A model generated the notes under the pieces. That model was not told where the DNA came from. It searched no databases and worked only from the letters and a program-made list of their open reading frames with translations. From contig BDGG01000002.1 in assembly GCA_001949185.1 (NCBI GenBank), positions 1,385,145-1,449,144 on the forward strand: a DNA stretch of 64,000 nucleotides. Direction: 5' to 3'. Position 1 is the stretch's first letter. Every line of letters starts with the position of its first letter. The stretch is from Ramazzottius varieornatus. Its lineage: Eukaryota > Animalia > Tardigrada. The translations under genes were made by a program, and so were the position numbers. Shown one piece after another: positions 1 to 14,300 of this stretch.

Positions 1-100
1 CCCTGCCGTCCAGACGGTAGTGTGACTCAGGTCCGCAGACCGCCGTAACGGACCGCGTACTGTAGCGACTGCGAACAAATATTCCCGCGCACCCGGACCA

Positions 101-1486
101 ACCGGCGCGTCGTTTTTCGTTATTATGTTTGCGATATCTGAAAGCTTCATCATTTTCCTCGTCCACTGAATTCGTGACAGACTTAAAAGGCCCTCGATTC
201 GCTCGGCCTGATAATTTCCCATCGTACAAGTACTGCTCATATGACCGAGATTTCTACTGTTTTCAGGAGGTTGGGCCTTGGGAATTTTAGGTATCGTTGC
301 TTCCATCCTTCTCCCCGATTTTTGTGTACTGACTTCGCGGATGTTTTAGGCGCTGTTGTTGCGGGCTGTATGGTCCAGTCGGCAAAGTGCGTCCTGAGCG
401 AGCATCTGTGCACTATGTACGGCTTCGTCATTGCGTGGTCAGGTATGCGCTAGCTATGGTGATTCCTTATGCCGTCCAGATTTTTCCAGATTTTTCGTCT
501 AATTAAACAAAAATCAAGTCAGAATTATCTGCAGGAATTGGGTGTATTTTTTCCATTGCTGTCATCTCGTATGAATGGTACCGGAAGTTGATATGCTTGA
601 GCAGATCCAGGAATTCTCGGGCCAATTGGCATATTGTTGTTCGGCTTGGAAGCAGTGAGTGTCACGAACTCACTTCCGACCGCACTTCCGTTTTGCCAAT
701 CTTGTGAACTCTAATTATGGTTCTTCTTGATCAGTCTGGTTCGCGAGTTTCGTCGTTACGTGTCCGCCACTGTTTGGATGGAATCGGTAAGTACATATAA
801 GTTTTATGAAATCTTTATTGATTTCGGGTTCCTTGATCGGCAGACTAATTCTACGTACTTCCACGTATCGAGTTTAGCTACACGGTTGAGGGTTACGCCA
901 TGCCATGTTCGGTCGACTGGGAATCGACGTTACTGACCGACAGGCTATACGTTGCATACATGTTCACCTTAGGACTCTTTATTCCGCTGGCGGTCGTTCT
1001 GTTCTCCTACGGCAATATTATTCGGATTATGCGAACGGTAACACATTTCGTTTTGTACATCTTGTTTGCTCACTGGTCTAGGATCTTTTGAGAAAAAACT
1101 GCGTGTTCACTCCTATGCAGATAGCAGATCGACGAGCCACGAGCTGCCCACACATGGCCGCCTTCGTCTCCCGCCATCACATAAGAATGATGCAGATGCT
1201 CTTCGCCATGTTATTGGCCTTTTGTGTCACCTGGATTCCGTACGGTATCCACTGCTTGATTATCGTTTTCGGCCACAAAAAGATTCTGTCGGAAGATGGC
1301 GCCATCTTTATCATGATGCTGGCAAAAGCTTCGATCGGCACCTACCCTGTAATATATGCCTGCATGAATAACGAGGTACGAATGCGATAAAACTCTGGCC
1401 TGGAACTTGTCCCGACTATTCACGATATCTCTCTGCCGTAGATACAGAACGCCTTTAAGGCATGGAGCATAAGAGGTGGCTGCTAA
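101..1486 (+). CDS. c-opsin-like GPCR, multi-exon, possibly degenerate (copy 1)
   Basis: Spliced reading gives LCTMYGF (TM3), SYEWY (ERY-like), CPPLFGWNR|YTVEG..CSVDW (ECL2), FCVTWIPYG (TM6) and MLAKAS..YPVIYACMNNE, whose Lys is at the retinal-binding K296 position. GT-AG introns at about 788-877 and 1377-1441. The TM1-like segment at 101-200 has an in-frame TGA at 167-169. Confidence 0.8.
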
Positions 1487-2236
1487 TTATAGCTAACAAG
1501 GGAACCTTTCGACAATCATGTGTACTTTCAATGGCATCCCTGGGTGCTCGGGAGGTTGTTTTTTTTCCAACAATAATTTCGTCAAGCGTCAGGTCCGACA
1601 TGCCAGCGTGAACGGGTCGACAAGATGATCTCTTATCATACCCAAACACCCCACCAAAACAAACCTACCGAAACCTTGCGGTGAGGCTGCATACTATACT
1701 CCGATGCATTGGAAGAGAATAGTACTATGGGACGCCACGGTAGTTCACATCTTTGAACCTCTGGTGTCGGAATGACGGGCGAACGCATTGGAGCAGCAGT
1801 CAGAGAAGTACAAGAAACGAAAGTTTCAGAAGTATCAAAAGCACCGCCGTAATGGGAAGTGTACGTGATTATTGGGTTGAAGTACGGGAAAACTTGTTCT
1901 CCATATGAACGTGGCCGATCATCCTCTTCTTTTCTGTGGCTGTTTTCTTGGATAATCTCTGATTTTACACCTCTCTTTCAATCTGAACTGTGTTCATATC
2001 CCCTGACATTCATCGATGATCTCATTTATGGCATCTACAAGGAGGTCCACTAATCACAGCCTCTTTGTTGAATTCTACCGCAGTTGCAAATCTTCTTGAA
2101 GGCAACAGTCTACGCTCAAAACTAAGGAAGCGACGACACAAAATAAAGAAAATATTCTATATCGCATACAAGTTATGATATCCCTATACTATTAATATTA
2201 TAACCAGAAAAAAGCTTCTGAGGAGGTCATGGACTA

Positions 2237-2765
2237 TGGGGCGCCGTTTCGTCAAAACTTTTGACGCGTTTTTTCGCAAGAATTCTCGCAGACTTTCCTA
2301 AACCACCGCACCTGCTTTGCCAGGGTTTCAGTTTGCACACCTTCTCATTTCACACTTTGTGAAGCATTCTCGAACCTTGGCGAAAATTCGGGCAGCGGAA
2401 AATGACAGTGTAAAACCGCGTCTTTTTTTTAGCTTAGTCCCCCGTCCTCTGAGTCATACGCGCGCACAAATAGGAACGCAGTGTCTGACGTCACCATATA
2501 GTGGTAGCATGTGCTGTATGGTGACGTAAAAGGAGTCTTGTTTCTACAGGCCTGCGCGTATGACTCAGTGGAGGAGGGGCGACCAAGCAACAAAAGACAC
2601 GCATTTCCATGGTGCCTTTTTCCGCTGCACGAATTCTCGAACTCTGCGAAACGCAAAGTGCGAAATGAAAAATCGCGCAAACCGAAACTCTGGCAAAGCA
2701 TGTTAAGCGGTTTAGGGAACTGCGAGAATTCATGACGAAATAGTTTTGACGCAAACGGCGCCCCA
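2237..2765. mobile_element. Foldback/MITE, ~530-bp imperfect palindrome with TA flanks
   Basis: Ends TA|TGGGGCGCCGTTT-CGTCAAAACT ... AGTTTTGACGCAAACGGCGCCCCA|TA. The arms stay recognisably complementary to a centre near 2505 (ACGTCACCATA...TATGGTGACGT). Confidence 0.85.
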
Positions 2766-2916
2766 TAATGGACCGTTATAAGAGAGTTTTTCCAAAGTAG
2801 ACAACACCTTCAAATGACGCCAGTTCAAATGATCTTCCAAAAAGTGCTCTGCGGTACAGTAGTCTGCGTTTGTCTATTCTTTAATTAACCTACAGTCCGC
2901 TCGCTCGAAATCCGTA

Positions 2917-3130
2917 CACGCACGACGGGAGATTATGGGGCCAGTAGAAAAATATGGGACCAGGTGGAAAAGACAGCAAAATGGAAATTCAAACGTAGAA
3001 GAGTGTCCAAAAGTACATCAGCGCGAATCGGTCACGTACGAACGTGATTCCGTACCGTTTCCGTACCGCCCTAGCGAAAAGGCCTCTGTCCCATAATTTT
3101 TACTGGCCCCCTAATTTCTCGTCCTGCGTA
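2917..3130. mobile_element. MITE, TA-flanked CACGCACGA-end family (subtype A)
   Basis: TIRs CACGCACGACGGGAGATTATGGGGCCAGTAGAAAAATATGGGAC and GTCCCATAATTTTTACTGGCCCCTAATTTCTCGTCCTGCGTA. Related copy at 62676-62926. Confidence 0.75.
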
Positions 3131-4431
3131 TACAGAATTTCTCGATTTCAGTTTGAAGCCTGCCAACGTTCACCACACTGCCTGTCAAGCTACAGGCGAA
3201 AAGCACATAAAATATACATCATACCACGCTCGAAGTAAACAAGTAATCAAGTCGCAGAAGTTTGGTTCGTGGGATTGGCGAGCAGCATCATTATCTTTGA
3301 ATGATTTCCGTGTTTTCAAATCGGAAAATTTGTACGGATTTCGAGCGAGTGGACTGTAGTCACAACTCTCTCATAACTCTGGAAACGACGTGCACGCAAA
3401 TCGTCCACGGTCTGGATTAAGTTTAACACAGGGCGAGTGCGCCCGTCCCCCCCACCCCAATACGCACTTTACACTGCGCTAGGACCCGCTGTCGATACGC
3501 CCCTGCTCGCGGCTTCGTTTACCAGCGTCTAAGGTTGTTAATGGATGTGGCAGACAGGCATGCGGACCGGATTGGGTAGCAATCCGCATCCATCCGGATT
3601 CCAGTCAGATGGATGGAACCTCCATCTAGATGGTTGCTGGATGGATGGACTACTATCCTGATGATCCGTACCGCATCCGGATTGAAGATTCGGTTGTCAA
3701 ATATCAAGAAATTTGGTCAAGAGTGACCTATTAAGCAATGGTGCCCACGAACAACCTATACTAGGAAGTATTCACAGTTGAAGCCAAGTCTGGATCGGGA
3801 CTCCAAGAATGTAAACGGCCCCGTGTTCCCTCTGAGGGTCTGATCGTCCTTCCCACCTGGCTATTTCTTCAACTAATTTTTCTCCCGGACTTTGTGTTAG
3901 GGCATTTGACAGTACTTGGCTGACGGCTGTGTTCGCAGTATTTTGGAGGTTTTTGATAGCATGGGCGTCGACAAGAGATAATAACTCCATATTGAACCCC
4001 GAATCTGGAGGAGTTTTACCTTCTGCACTGCTATTGTTGTAAACCCACAGTGCTGACGGATCAGGATATTGTGATGCAGACCTAAAAGACAAATTATAGG
4101 GCTACATCGTTAAGAAAGAACTGTAGAGATATCTCAACTCATTTCAAATACAAGAAAATCAAAGTTGGGTTTGGAAAAAACGGCAAAGTCATACTGAAAG
4201 ATCCAATAGGTCCTTTCCATCGTTCCCAGGCGTGCCAAGGTGCGGCAGCCCTTAATTGTCCATAATCTCCATAATCTGGTGGAGATCTGGTCCGCATCTT
4301 CTCCATAATCTGGTCCGCAAGCTTCGTCGTCACCTGCCCGCCACTACTGGGCTGGTACCGGTAAATGGCCCTGCTCGCGGTACAAATAACCTTTCTCATC
4401 GATACATTACCTCGAATTTTCTCACTGGATA

Positions 4432-5042
4432 GATACACTGTCGAGATTCACACCATGGCGTGCTCAGTCGACTGGGAATCGACCCTTCTTACCGACAAGC
4501 TCTACGTTGTGTACATATTCACCGTGGGGCTTGTCATTGCAGTCATTACCATCCTATCCTCTTACGGGAAATCATTCAGATCATGCGAACTGTAACTAAT
4601 CCAATATATATTGAGATACATAATCAATCCTCTATTGCTTGAATGGCTATATGTATGATTTTGCGATAGAGTTCGTCCATTGTAGATTGCCAAATGGCGG
4701 TCCACTAACTGCTCGCACACCGCCGCTTTCGTCTCTCGCAACAACGTTAAAATGATGCGGATGCTCTTTGTCATGTTCCTGGACTTTTGCATACAGCTGG
4801 TTGCCCTATGGAATCCAATCCCTGATTATCGTTTTTGGCCACAAATTTGATTCTGTCAGAAGATGGCGCCATCATTGTCATGATGCTGGCAAAAGCATCG
4901 ATCTGCACGTACGCAGTATTACACACCTACAAGAACAACGAGGTATGAAATCCGGCGGACATTTGATAAAATTGACTTGATCATCGGCAAACTGATCCTT
5001 CAGTCCTGCTGCCGTAGGTACAACAAGCGCTGCAAGCCTGAA
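4432..5042 (+). pseudogene. Partial frameshifted duplicate of the c-opsin-like gene (ECL2-TM7)
   Basis: YTVEIHTMACSVDWESTLLTDKLYV matches copy 1, with the same intron positions. Homology switches frame near 4570, 4785 and 4850. No TM1-TM4 exons are seen upstream. Confidence 0.8.
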
Positions 5043-5399
5043 AGAATTCTTGCATGTTACGACTAAGGGGTGCGGGGACTTGCGGCCTTTTTGTTCAGTC
5101 CAGTGGTACCGAGTGTAACGATCGTCATCTTAATTGTAAAATACGTGTTTCTCGTGGAGGTCCACGTTCTACGATTTGAGGATAACCAGCCCGATAGAGT
5201 ACTCGTACATAATCCTGATTCAACTGCATGTCGATCCCGAATTTTACTAAACGGCATAGAAAAACTGCAGTTCGGTAATCTGCTCCAAATAGATTACGAC
5301 ACTCTAAACATGACTCTGGAGATCGCGGCATGACAGGAAGTATTGTGTTTTGATGAGAAACGGGCAACAAGCAGTAGTAGCTTATCTGCTTCGGCAAAT

Positions 5400-7278
5400 T
5401 CAATTTGTGAAAATGATATGCCTTATCCACGGCAGTGCGTAGTTCACCCTTGCGTAAACACTGGGATTTCCCGGTCGTGAACACCCTCTGCAAAAGTAGA
5501 GTTCCAATTAGCGTTACATATTGGGAGCGTCCGAGGAGAATTTTCACGGGGTTTTTGCTTACTTGGACCAAGATACGATACCGGAGAGTCGAAACTTTCC
5601 CTCTTCATCTTCACAGACCAAAGGTCCTCCACTGTCACCACGACAACTGCTATGTGGTCCAGCCGAGGCACACATCATGTCGGCTGTGATGAGTCCTCGG
5701 TAGGACGCTTTGCAGGTTTCTTGAGGCATGATCGTGGCTGGCGCTTGCTGCAGATTCAGACTAGTCGCCTGAGTCTCGCCCACTTTCGGCCCTGTACTGG
5801 CAAATGGACCTCGCGGCTCCGTTTCACCCCAGCCGATGACAATGCATGTTGCTTGTTCCGTCTTTGTCGACCCGTCGGACAAACAAGCCGGGCTGATATG
5901 CTCGTTGAATATTACGGGCTGAACGAACAAGAGTGTAGTGTTGCGCTCTAAGTGACGTCACTCGGTTCGAGAAAGTGGCTTACCTTTGCTAATTTAAGTA
6001 AACAGACGTCATTAGCAAACGGTAAAGGCTTGTCGTAATCCGGATGAATGTGTATCTGTGATAGCGGTATCACTTCCGCAAAGGGTTGCTGCTGCGAGCT
6101 CGATCGTAACACGTGGGCACCAACCAGCACTTTGAAGTCCGATGGGACAGGCAAGGCTGCTGGAACAGCTTTGCAACAGTGACCGGCGGTAAGAATCCAT
6201 TCGTTGGAGACCTGTACGCGCAACACAATCTATGAACATCAGAGAAGCCGCAACATGATTTTTGGTAGGCTTACGATCGAGCCACCGCAGGACTGTCTTC
6301 CTTGTCTGATATCGAGCAAGGCCACCTGCCAAGGCCAGCTATGAGGGACAGACTCTTCGCCAGCAACGATGCGAAAGGGGATTTCTGTCTTCCGTGCCAA
6401 GCGTTGGCGGGGATGGATACCAATATAGTTGTGGTAGGTTTTAGGCGTAATGGCCGGTCTCCCACATCGGTCCTTCTGACACTTTTCTTCGTTCTCGTCA
6501 ATCCCGTCCGGGCAATTTTCACTTCCTATGAATATCCGAAATTTTCGGTTGAGCAACGCGTATGTGTCTATGAAACACGACGACAGTGAAATCGTGAATT
6601 TGCGAGATCACTTACCGTCACAATATTGTTCCGGACTGATGCAGACGGTGTCGCTGTTAGGACACAGCCTACTTCCGGGTTCACAGACCGGCACTGGAAA
6701 GACGCAACCAATATGGTTGAAGCATCTTAGCGAGAATGCAGTTGCGTTCTGCTTTGCATATAATTCCTGTCGTACCTCGAGCTGAAATGTTGAAGCCAAA
6801 TGTGTTCCAGCTGGCATCCGATCGAAATGTCGCCACCTGAATAATAGCCATGTAGCTCTTTGGATGATGCTTAAAATGTGGTGACCAACACCAGTGCAGC
6901 TTTCAGGACAGGTTCACTTACTACTCTATTGGTGGCTGATCGTAAACTTTGAGGTCCGCTGTGGCTGCAGAATTTTCCAAGTACCACCACTGATCCATTG
7001 GCAAAGGTTTCGGTAACGGTCAGAGAGTCAAATCCGCAGGTGACACCTGTCCCGCCCTCCACCATGAAGAAGATTGAGTCCAGCTCGATGGTACTTCCCG
7101 CTGGTGCAACAATGTCGTAGACGCACTCGGCTTTATTCGGATACTTGCCCGGATAGTTGGGTGAAACAAAGGTGGTGATGCCATGGGATGGAACGACGAC
7201 GTCTCCGCCGCATGCTCCCTGAGCCCTGGTCACAGGGTATAGCACTGTCAGAACGAAAGCTACGAGTGGCAGTAGCAT
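5400..7278 (-). CDS. Secreted modular S1 serine protease (signal peptide-CUB-LDLa-trypsin domain)
   Basis: Signal peptide [10 protein letters not shown]; CUB motifs ([22 protein letters not shown]); LDLa ([18 protein letters not shown]); activation site R|IVAG; catalytic triad motifs LTAGHC, NDVCLL, GDSGGPL. The last exon reads [21 protein letters not shown], stop at 5400-5402. Confidence 0.9.
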
Positions 7279-8397
7279 ATTGGTGGCTCGTTAGTTTCTG
7301 TTCCTTAGAACAGAAGAGGGAAGTGAGCTGGCTTATTGAGGACAGCGAGCTTATCGCAAACGGTACTAGTCAGCAGAGTTTCAAGACAAGATGGAAATAC
7401 TTCGAATTGTGACTTATCTCTCTGCGGGAATACAAGAGCTATTGTGCAGTATTCACATCGTGAAGGTGATATTGACATTGTTTATTTGACCCTGACAAAC
7501 ACGTCCAGAAAGATAACGCCATGAATGTCCGTTTCATTCTCGTCCTACTCAGTACCGAGCATCTCTTGAGATCGAGAGACCCCTTGGACTTTGATGTTAT
7601 TAAGATTTCTTCCAACAAATTCTCTCGGACTGACTGTTTTGGCGGTGGGGCAAAACTGACCTTGAGTCAAACTTCATGGTGACTAGAGAGTAAATATGTA
7701 CTGTATTACCGGGCGAAGAACGTCAGGCTCGTCTGAAGGACCTTCGAAAGGTTAAGCACTAGACAGCACAATGACAGCGGACGGTCCCAAGGGGACATCA
7801 GTTACTGTGGTTGAAGTGCCACAAAGCATCGACTCGTAAGTCAGAAGTGCGTCGGTGGACCTGAGAGTCATATCCGAGGTGTGAAAAAAAACACGAGTCC
7901 CACAAGCCCTTGATTACAGTGCATCGTATGCTGATGTCTGTAGTCGTACCTGACGTAGATCCGCAGCGCGTGAACCTTGACAAAACGCGCCAATAAACGT
8001 CGCTAGATAGGTAATCAAACGTTACCACTGCATCATAAATTGTGATTGTGCCGAAAGCCTGAGTGTGATGAGGGATAATTACAATTGATTATACAGCACA
8101 CGAGGGAGGATTACTGTTGATGATTCAGTCATCTTGACTAAATCCCGAATTTATTCTCCGAGATCAAAATTGTACGTTCTTCCCCAGCAGTCAGGCGAAA
8201 ATTTAATGCCGCTGCGGGAGTCGTAAGGGTCCGCCGATTAACGCATCACCAAAGGCTACCCGATGGATCGGTTGGCTCACCTACAGGAAGATTGCGACTG
8301 TGTGAGTCTCGGAAAGTCTGGTCAAAACCTCGGTAAAGCAAGTTTCGCTAGCCCGCAACCCAATCGTTCATTTGCAGTTCGTTTAAGCTTGCGCACC

Positions 8398-11300
8398 ATG
8401 GCCTTCGCTCACGGATTTTCTACCTTCAATTACGTCGGAGGCGCTTTGTGGTTGCTGATCTCTTTCCAGTTGTCCTCCCACATCGGTGCTCAGCCAAGAT
8501 TCCTAGTTCTGCCGCTCATCAACATAAATGGCTGGTACGCGTCCAATGTAGCATGGATGATGCTAGCCTTCGAGGAGATCAGCCAAAGCAATCCCAACGC
8601 TACGCGGGGCTTGAACTGGACTTTTGCACCTCCGCACGATCTGGGACGAAACCGCCAACCTGGCGGAAATCCTGCGGGCACTTTATATGTTAGATTCCTT
8701 ACAAGGCCAGCAAGGAGGTTCTGGCGATTCCCACCCAACTATCATCGTTGGATCATGTACGTCATTGCGGAAAATCCGATAATAGCTGTCATAGTTTCGT
8801 CTTGGATACTGTCGCCGAAGAGCGTGTTGTGTTGTGTGCTAGAAAACTTTTGTTCCTTCGTAGTGAGTGGTACAAGCTTTGAATTGATCGGTGATATCGC
8901 TCGAGGTACAGATATTGACGTCTACCGAAAACCATCGCATAGGTAGCTCTTCTGATACCAGCCGGTTTGTCTGTTGCAGAACTAGACTACCTGGCCATTT
9001 CATGGTAAGTTCTAAGTAGCACGCTCAGCGTTACGTTAAACTGAGAGGGCGCGCGTATGGTTCACCGATTTACGTTTAGTGTCGCCGATGTACCCGTTGC
9101 GCGTACCGATGACCAGAAGCAACGTTCATGAAAACCTCGTCGTTACCGTACAGCGTCGCCCTCTTCCATCTGCTGCGTCGATTTGGCTGGACCAAACTGA
9201 CTATTGTCCTTGATACCGTTTATGAAGCTAGTGGCCCACGAACGCGGGTCCAGTGTGATCCGCTTATCAGGGCCTTACAGACCTCTGGCACGGAAGTCTC
9301 TTACATCCAGTTGCCCACGTCTTCCCTCGGCAACATGTCCGTTGCACTGACCAAAGCGCGACAGTTCACACGAGGTAAGGTGCCAATGTTAGTCTGGGTT
9401 GAAGCGTTAGCGATCACTGTTACTAACTTTGAAAACTCCCGAGTCTAGTAATTTTGCTCTGCGCGCTTGGGGCCCCTCGGGAGAACATCTCGGTGAGTGA
9501 CCTCACAGTTACGGGCTTAAGCATAAACCGGGCTTAATAGTTGCCGCACACATACGCGTTGAAAAGAAAACAATGATTTCGGGACTCGATCTGGCACTTC
9601 ACTAACTTTTGGCGTTAACCCTGTTCGGACGAGCCTCTGATCCATTATACTGACCATATAACATTTGGAATTAGTCCTGGTTTGCTACAGAGCAGTTTGG
9701 GTGCATTTTGGGATCAGTAAAGGTTCATATATGCGACATTTATGTGTATGCAACATGAATATCGCATAACGGTTTTATGTATGGTTCATGTATGGTATAT
9801 TGATGTTGCATATACATATATGCAGCAAACCAGGACTGATCCCAAATGTTATACAGTCAGTATAATGGATCAGAGGCTCGTCCGAACAGGGTAGAGATGA
9901 TTAGGGAACTTTCGGCTGTTGTGTCCCTGTTACAAGCTGATCACGAAGGATCAGCTGCTGATCAGCACAGAGTACCGACGTGCGGCGCACTGAGCGAGCA
10001 AGGTCTGTGTGCGAGTAGGAAGACCGGGCAGAACAGGCTCCTCTCTCACATATAGTCAACAAGAGAAGCCACTGGTCGAGTTTGGGAGGTCTTCCGTTTT
10101 TATCCTCATCTATAGCAGCTGTGGTCGTCAGATTCAACACCGGTTGCATTTGACACCAGTGGCGACCCATTGAATTTTAATTCTTTTTAACAGTTGGAAA
10201 TTCATATGTCTGGCCTCGGCTTGGCCTCCGCCGAACCGATAGTCGGGCCGGGATGAATTTGGATATGGACCGAGTAGGAAATATAACGAGAAGCTCTGTT
10301 CGGCTTTTTTAGTGCAATCCAACCCGAGCTGACGGTTCGGAACCTCCAGATATTTGATTTCCAAGTGCTAAAAAGAATTAAAATTTAATAGACCAACACT
10401 GTTTGAAACAGTTGACAGTTCTGTGAAAAATTATGCTCCCTCCGCTATCCACAGGCTGTTTTGAATTTTGGATGCACTGAAAGGTGGAAACGGGGCCTCA
10501 TAGTCTAATTCAAGCATATTTTCTCCCTGATTCTGTTGCAAGTTCCTCTTACCGCCATGATTCGCGACAAGAATATGCGAAAGTTTTATGGAGTGTGAGA
10601 TCGAGACCTCAAAGTGATCTTCCTGGGAGAACGAAACAGTCATTTTTTGCACATGCATTCCAGCTAACTGCCGACAAAATGAACATGACGGGTGGAGATT
10701 TCGTAAGTGAATTTTTCATTTACTACTTCCCCCTTACTTCATGGTGCTGTAGATCTCTGTACAAAGGACCTTCTCAGGTTTTTCTGTTCCTGTACGTGCT
10801 GAGAGTCCCGGAGAGCCTTTTCCAGACTTCAGTGACCATGATGAGAGGGTAGGTCTTCATGACCAGATCAGCTTTTACGCACGACTGTACACTGGCCTTC
10901 CATATCTAATTATTAATGTTCTAACATGATGGAAGCAAAACGAACACGAGGCAAAGTTTGGCCTGTGGGGCCATCTGATCGCATCGATGGGCGTCGTCGA
11001 CGCAGCTGTCGTAAAGTTGGTGGAGAAACTCTGAGCTGCGCCGGTCCCGTTAGCAAGCTCAGAGGCCCCAAGCAAGCATTTAATTTAAGAGGTTAGAGTA
11101 AATATTTAGTCCAGTCGCGTGGCTCTTCTTCCGTATGTATCCGGCGTAGCATGTGCTTTTCCAGCGACCGGCTTGCCGAATCTCATCGGGGTTCAGTCCT
11201 TGTCGAGAGGCTTCTGTCGCGGCGCCGATGCGGAAACCGTGCGTGGAATAGCGACTCGCGTTCGGAAATCCGCTTAGGCAGCTCTTCAAAGTCGAGGCGA

Positions 11301-14300
11301 AGAAACTGTGCGTCAGTGGCGCACTCCGGAGTCGGACGAAGAAGGGTCCGTCCTGTGTCTCGGTATCAGGGCGTAGTTGCAGGTACTCTCGGATCGCCGC
11401 TACTGGACACACGGAGCGACCGGTGGCGGGAATTCGTATCTTGTTTCCTTTTGCGTACTGATCAGTTTTCGACGTTCGGAGTAGTAGTGAGATCGACTGT
11501 TGTTTGACTTTTACGTCCCTAAATTGTAGTGTGTGGGACGCAGGACCCCTCCTTGCCGTGAACTCGCTGGCGCGCAGGTAGCCAGAGTAGGCTAAGGTGC
11601 AGGCAGACCAGAATAGGGCTTTGTCAAGCGGCGAAATTAACGGTTCTGACGTCAGACGTTGCTTCATGTAACGTAGCGTCGTAAGAGTGATTGGGAGCCT
11701 CCTATCTTTCGGCGTGGGGTGCAGGCGTTTGAAGCCTTGTAAGGACCGCGCAATGTCGGGGTGTTTGAGAAAACTTTCTTGACCTTGTTCGACGAAGTTG
11801 TTGTTGATTCCACTCAGGTAAACCTTCGCAGTGGAGTAGGAAATTTGTTTAGTGTGCAGGAAGCCTATGTACTGTAGGATGACGTTCGGATACCACCGGT
11901 AATGATCGTGGGCATGACTTTGGCAGAAAAGAGTGAACTGCCTGACGGCGGCACTGTAGGTGGCTCTCGTGCTTGCGCCGATGTGATGGTGGAGCAGGTC
12001 GTTAACCTCGCGCTGGTACTTCAGGGATACCAGCGGTCGTAGGTCTGCTGCAATTCCTCGAGTACGTTCGGTACGTGGACCGGGTATGTGTCGGCCGTTG
12101 GTGCTATCTGGCGGAACCTCTCTCTCAGAAAACGCGAAAGAGCGTCAGCAATATTGTTATTGACGCCGCTAATGTGCTTGATGGTAAGGGTGAAATTATT
12201 TTCCGCGGCGATTGTAGTCATACGCCGCATGAGGTCCAGTACTGCGCTGTTGCTGGAGCCTAACTTCTCCCACGCAAAAACCGCTCCAAGTTTATCGCAG
12301 TGAAAGACAAGGCGTTTCCTGTGAAATGACTTGCCCCAAACGAGGAGAGCTATGAGGATGGGTAACATTTCTAAATATTCAATACAAGGCGCTTTTTCGA
12401 TGACCCATGTCGGCCATCGTGACTGAAACCATTGCCCGTTAAAATAACCGCCCATGCCTAAGGTAGCGGAGGCGTCTGTGTATAGCTGAAGGACAGAGCT
12501 GCATGTCCAGTTAATGTCCAAGAAGGAAGTCTTTCCATTCCATTTAGGGAGAAAAGTTCGCCACCATAAGATGTCGAGCCGGAAATCCTCGCTGAGCGGT
12601 ATTTTTCGGTGTGGTGACCGGTAATGGGAGGTGAGTAGCTGGATGAGTCGTCGCGTGAAGAGTCGACCGGCGGGTACGCACTTTGCCGCAAACTGCAGCT
12701 TGCCGATTAGGCTTTGTAGTTCGGTACGGGTGATGGTGTCAGCGTCAGACCACGTGACTAACAGAGCCATGATCTCGTCGGTTTTGGACTGGGGTAGACT
12801 GAGCGTTTGTGCAACGGAGTCTAGCTGAATACCGAGAAAGGTCAAGCTGGTCGAGGGTCCTTCCGCTTTCTCGGTGGCGAGGGGCACGCCCAGTTCGTGG
12901 CATAGCCGCCTCATTTCGCTCACGACGTGAGGGCACTCGGTTCGGCCAATGATTAGGAAGTCATCGACGTAGTGTAGAATATTGTGGTGCTGCGTGTGGT
13001 GTTCGAGTATCCAGTGCACCGCATAGGAGAACAGGCAGAAAAGGAAGGGCGAGGAACGGCAGCCGAAAGGTAGAACTACGTCGAAGTAGTAAGAGCCGCG
13101 TACCATGTAGCCGAGAAGAGGCCAGTCCGGAGGTCGGACAGGAATTAGGCGGAAGGCTGCCTTTACGTCCTCCTTTGCCATGAGTGCGCCTTTGCCAACG
13201 GTCTGTAGCATGTTGCATGCGTCATCGACGGAACAGAAAGCAAGGGAGTAGTCCTCGGGGCTGATGTGATCGTTAACAGAGTCGCCGAAAGGTCGGGAAA
13301 GATCCATGATGATGCGGTGACCTCCGGTTTTCTTCTCGCGGACGCCCAGGGAGCTGACCACGAAATTGGGAAAAGGGGGAGAAGAGAACGGACCCACGGA
13401 GTGGCCCGAGGCAACCTCTTTCGTAATAGACTTAAGAAGGACCTCGCTGAACTCTCTTGCTGTGGCGGAGTTCTTTGTGAAACGAGGGTAGCGGGGACCG
13501 TTGAAGCCAATGTCCGCGCCGTTATCGATAATGTCCAGCACCATTTGTACGAAGCCTCGGTCGGGATGATCTCGGAGGTAACGTCTGAAGGTGTTAGACT
13601 TTAGTGGAGTTGAGGCTTTGTGCGGTATGACGACTGCCTCCTGACCGATCGCCTTGTTGGTTCCGGTCGTTGCTGTGGTACCGATCGGGATTGCGGTTGC
13701 AGTAGAAGCGGGTATGGCCAGGCTTTTTGCAGTAGGAGCAAGAGTGGGAGAAGGCATTGGGGCATGGCTCGTCGGGACACTGGCCACGGTTGTACCGCTT
13801 ACAGATTTCCCCGTCTGCGGCGGGGTTGGTCCGAAAGGGCTGGTTATAGCTTTCGGTGACTCGGACTTGGACTTTGTGACCGTGTTCGCGTGAAATGGAG
13901 AGGCCGTTAGAGTTGGTCAGACATGTGCGCTGCTTGATGTCGGCGTGCACTGTTGACCAGAGGCTCAAGTCAGTGGGGTGGCGAGCCGCTGTGATGCGCA
14001 GGCGAGCGTCATAGGCCAGCCATTTGTCGGAGGGAAAACCACGGTCGGGGTGCGCTAGTTCGGCCATGACGTTGAGGTAGCTGGTCATGGGTAGTGCCAG
14101 CTTCGGGTTGACCGTGACGCGATACGCCATTAGCACGGTGAAGCACTCGACGTATTCGGTGAAAGTGGTAATGGAGGAGACTTTAGTCGCTGGTTTAAGA
14201 GCCAGCTGTCCGGTTTCGGCATCGGTGGTGACTTGTGTGCTGTGTCCCTTGGTCTTCTCCGCGCCCGGTATGCGATTTTCCTCAGTCAGGTCGCTTATCT

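Noticed and set aside
3545-3690. GGAT/ATCC-rich imperfect palindrome centred on CCATCTAGATGG
   Set aside because: Probably a decayed foldback element, but ends and TSD cannot be defined.
10960-11075. Hammerhead ribozyme in the retroelement 3' tail
   Set aside because: A hairpin is present, but I find no CUGANGA/GAAA core in the right arrangement on either strand.
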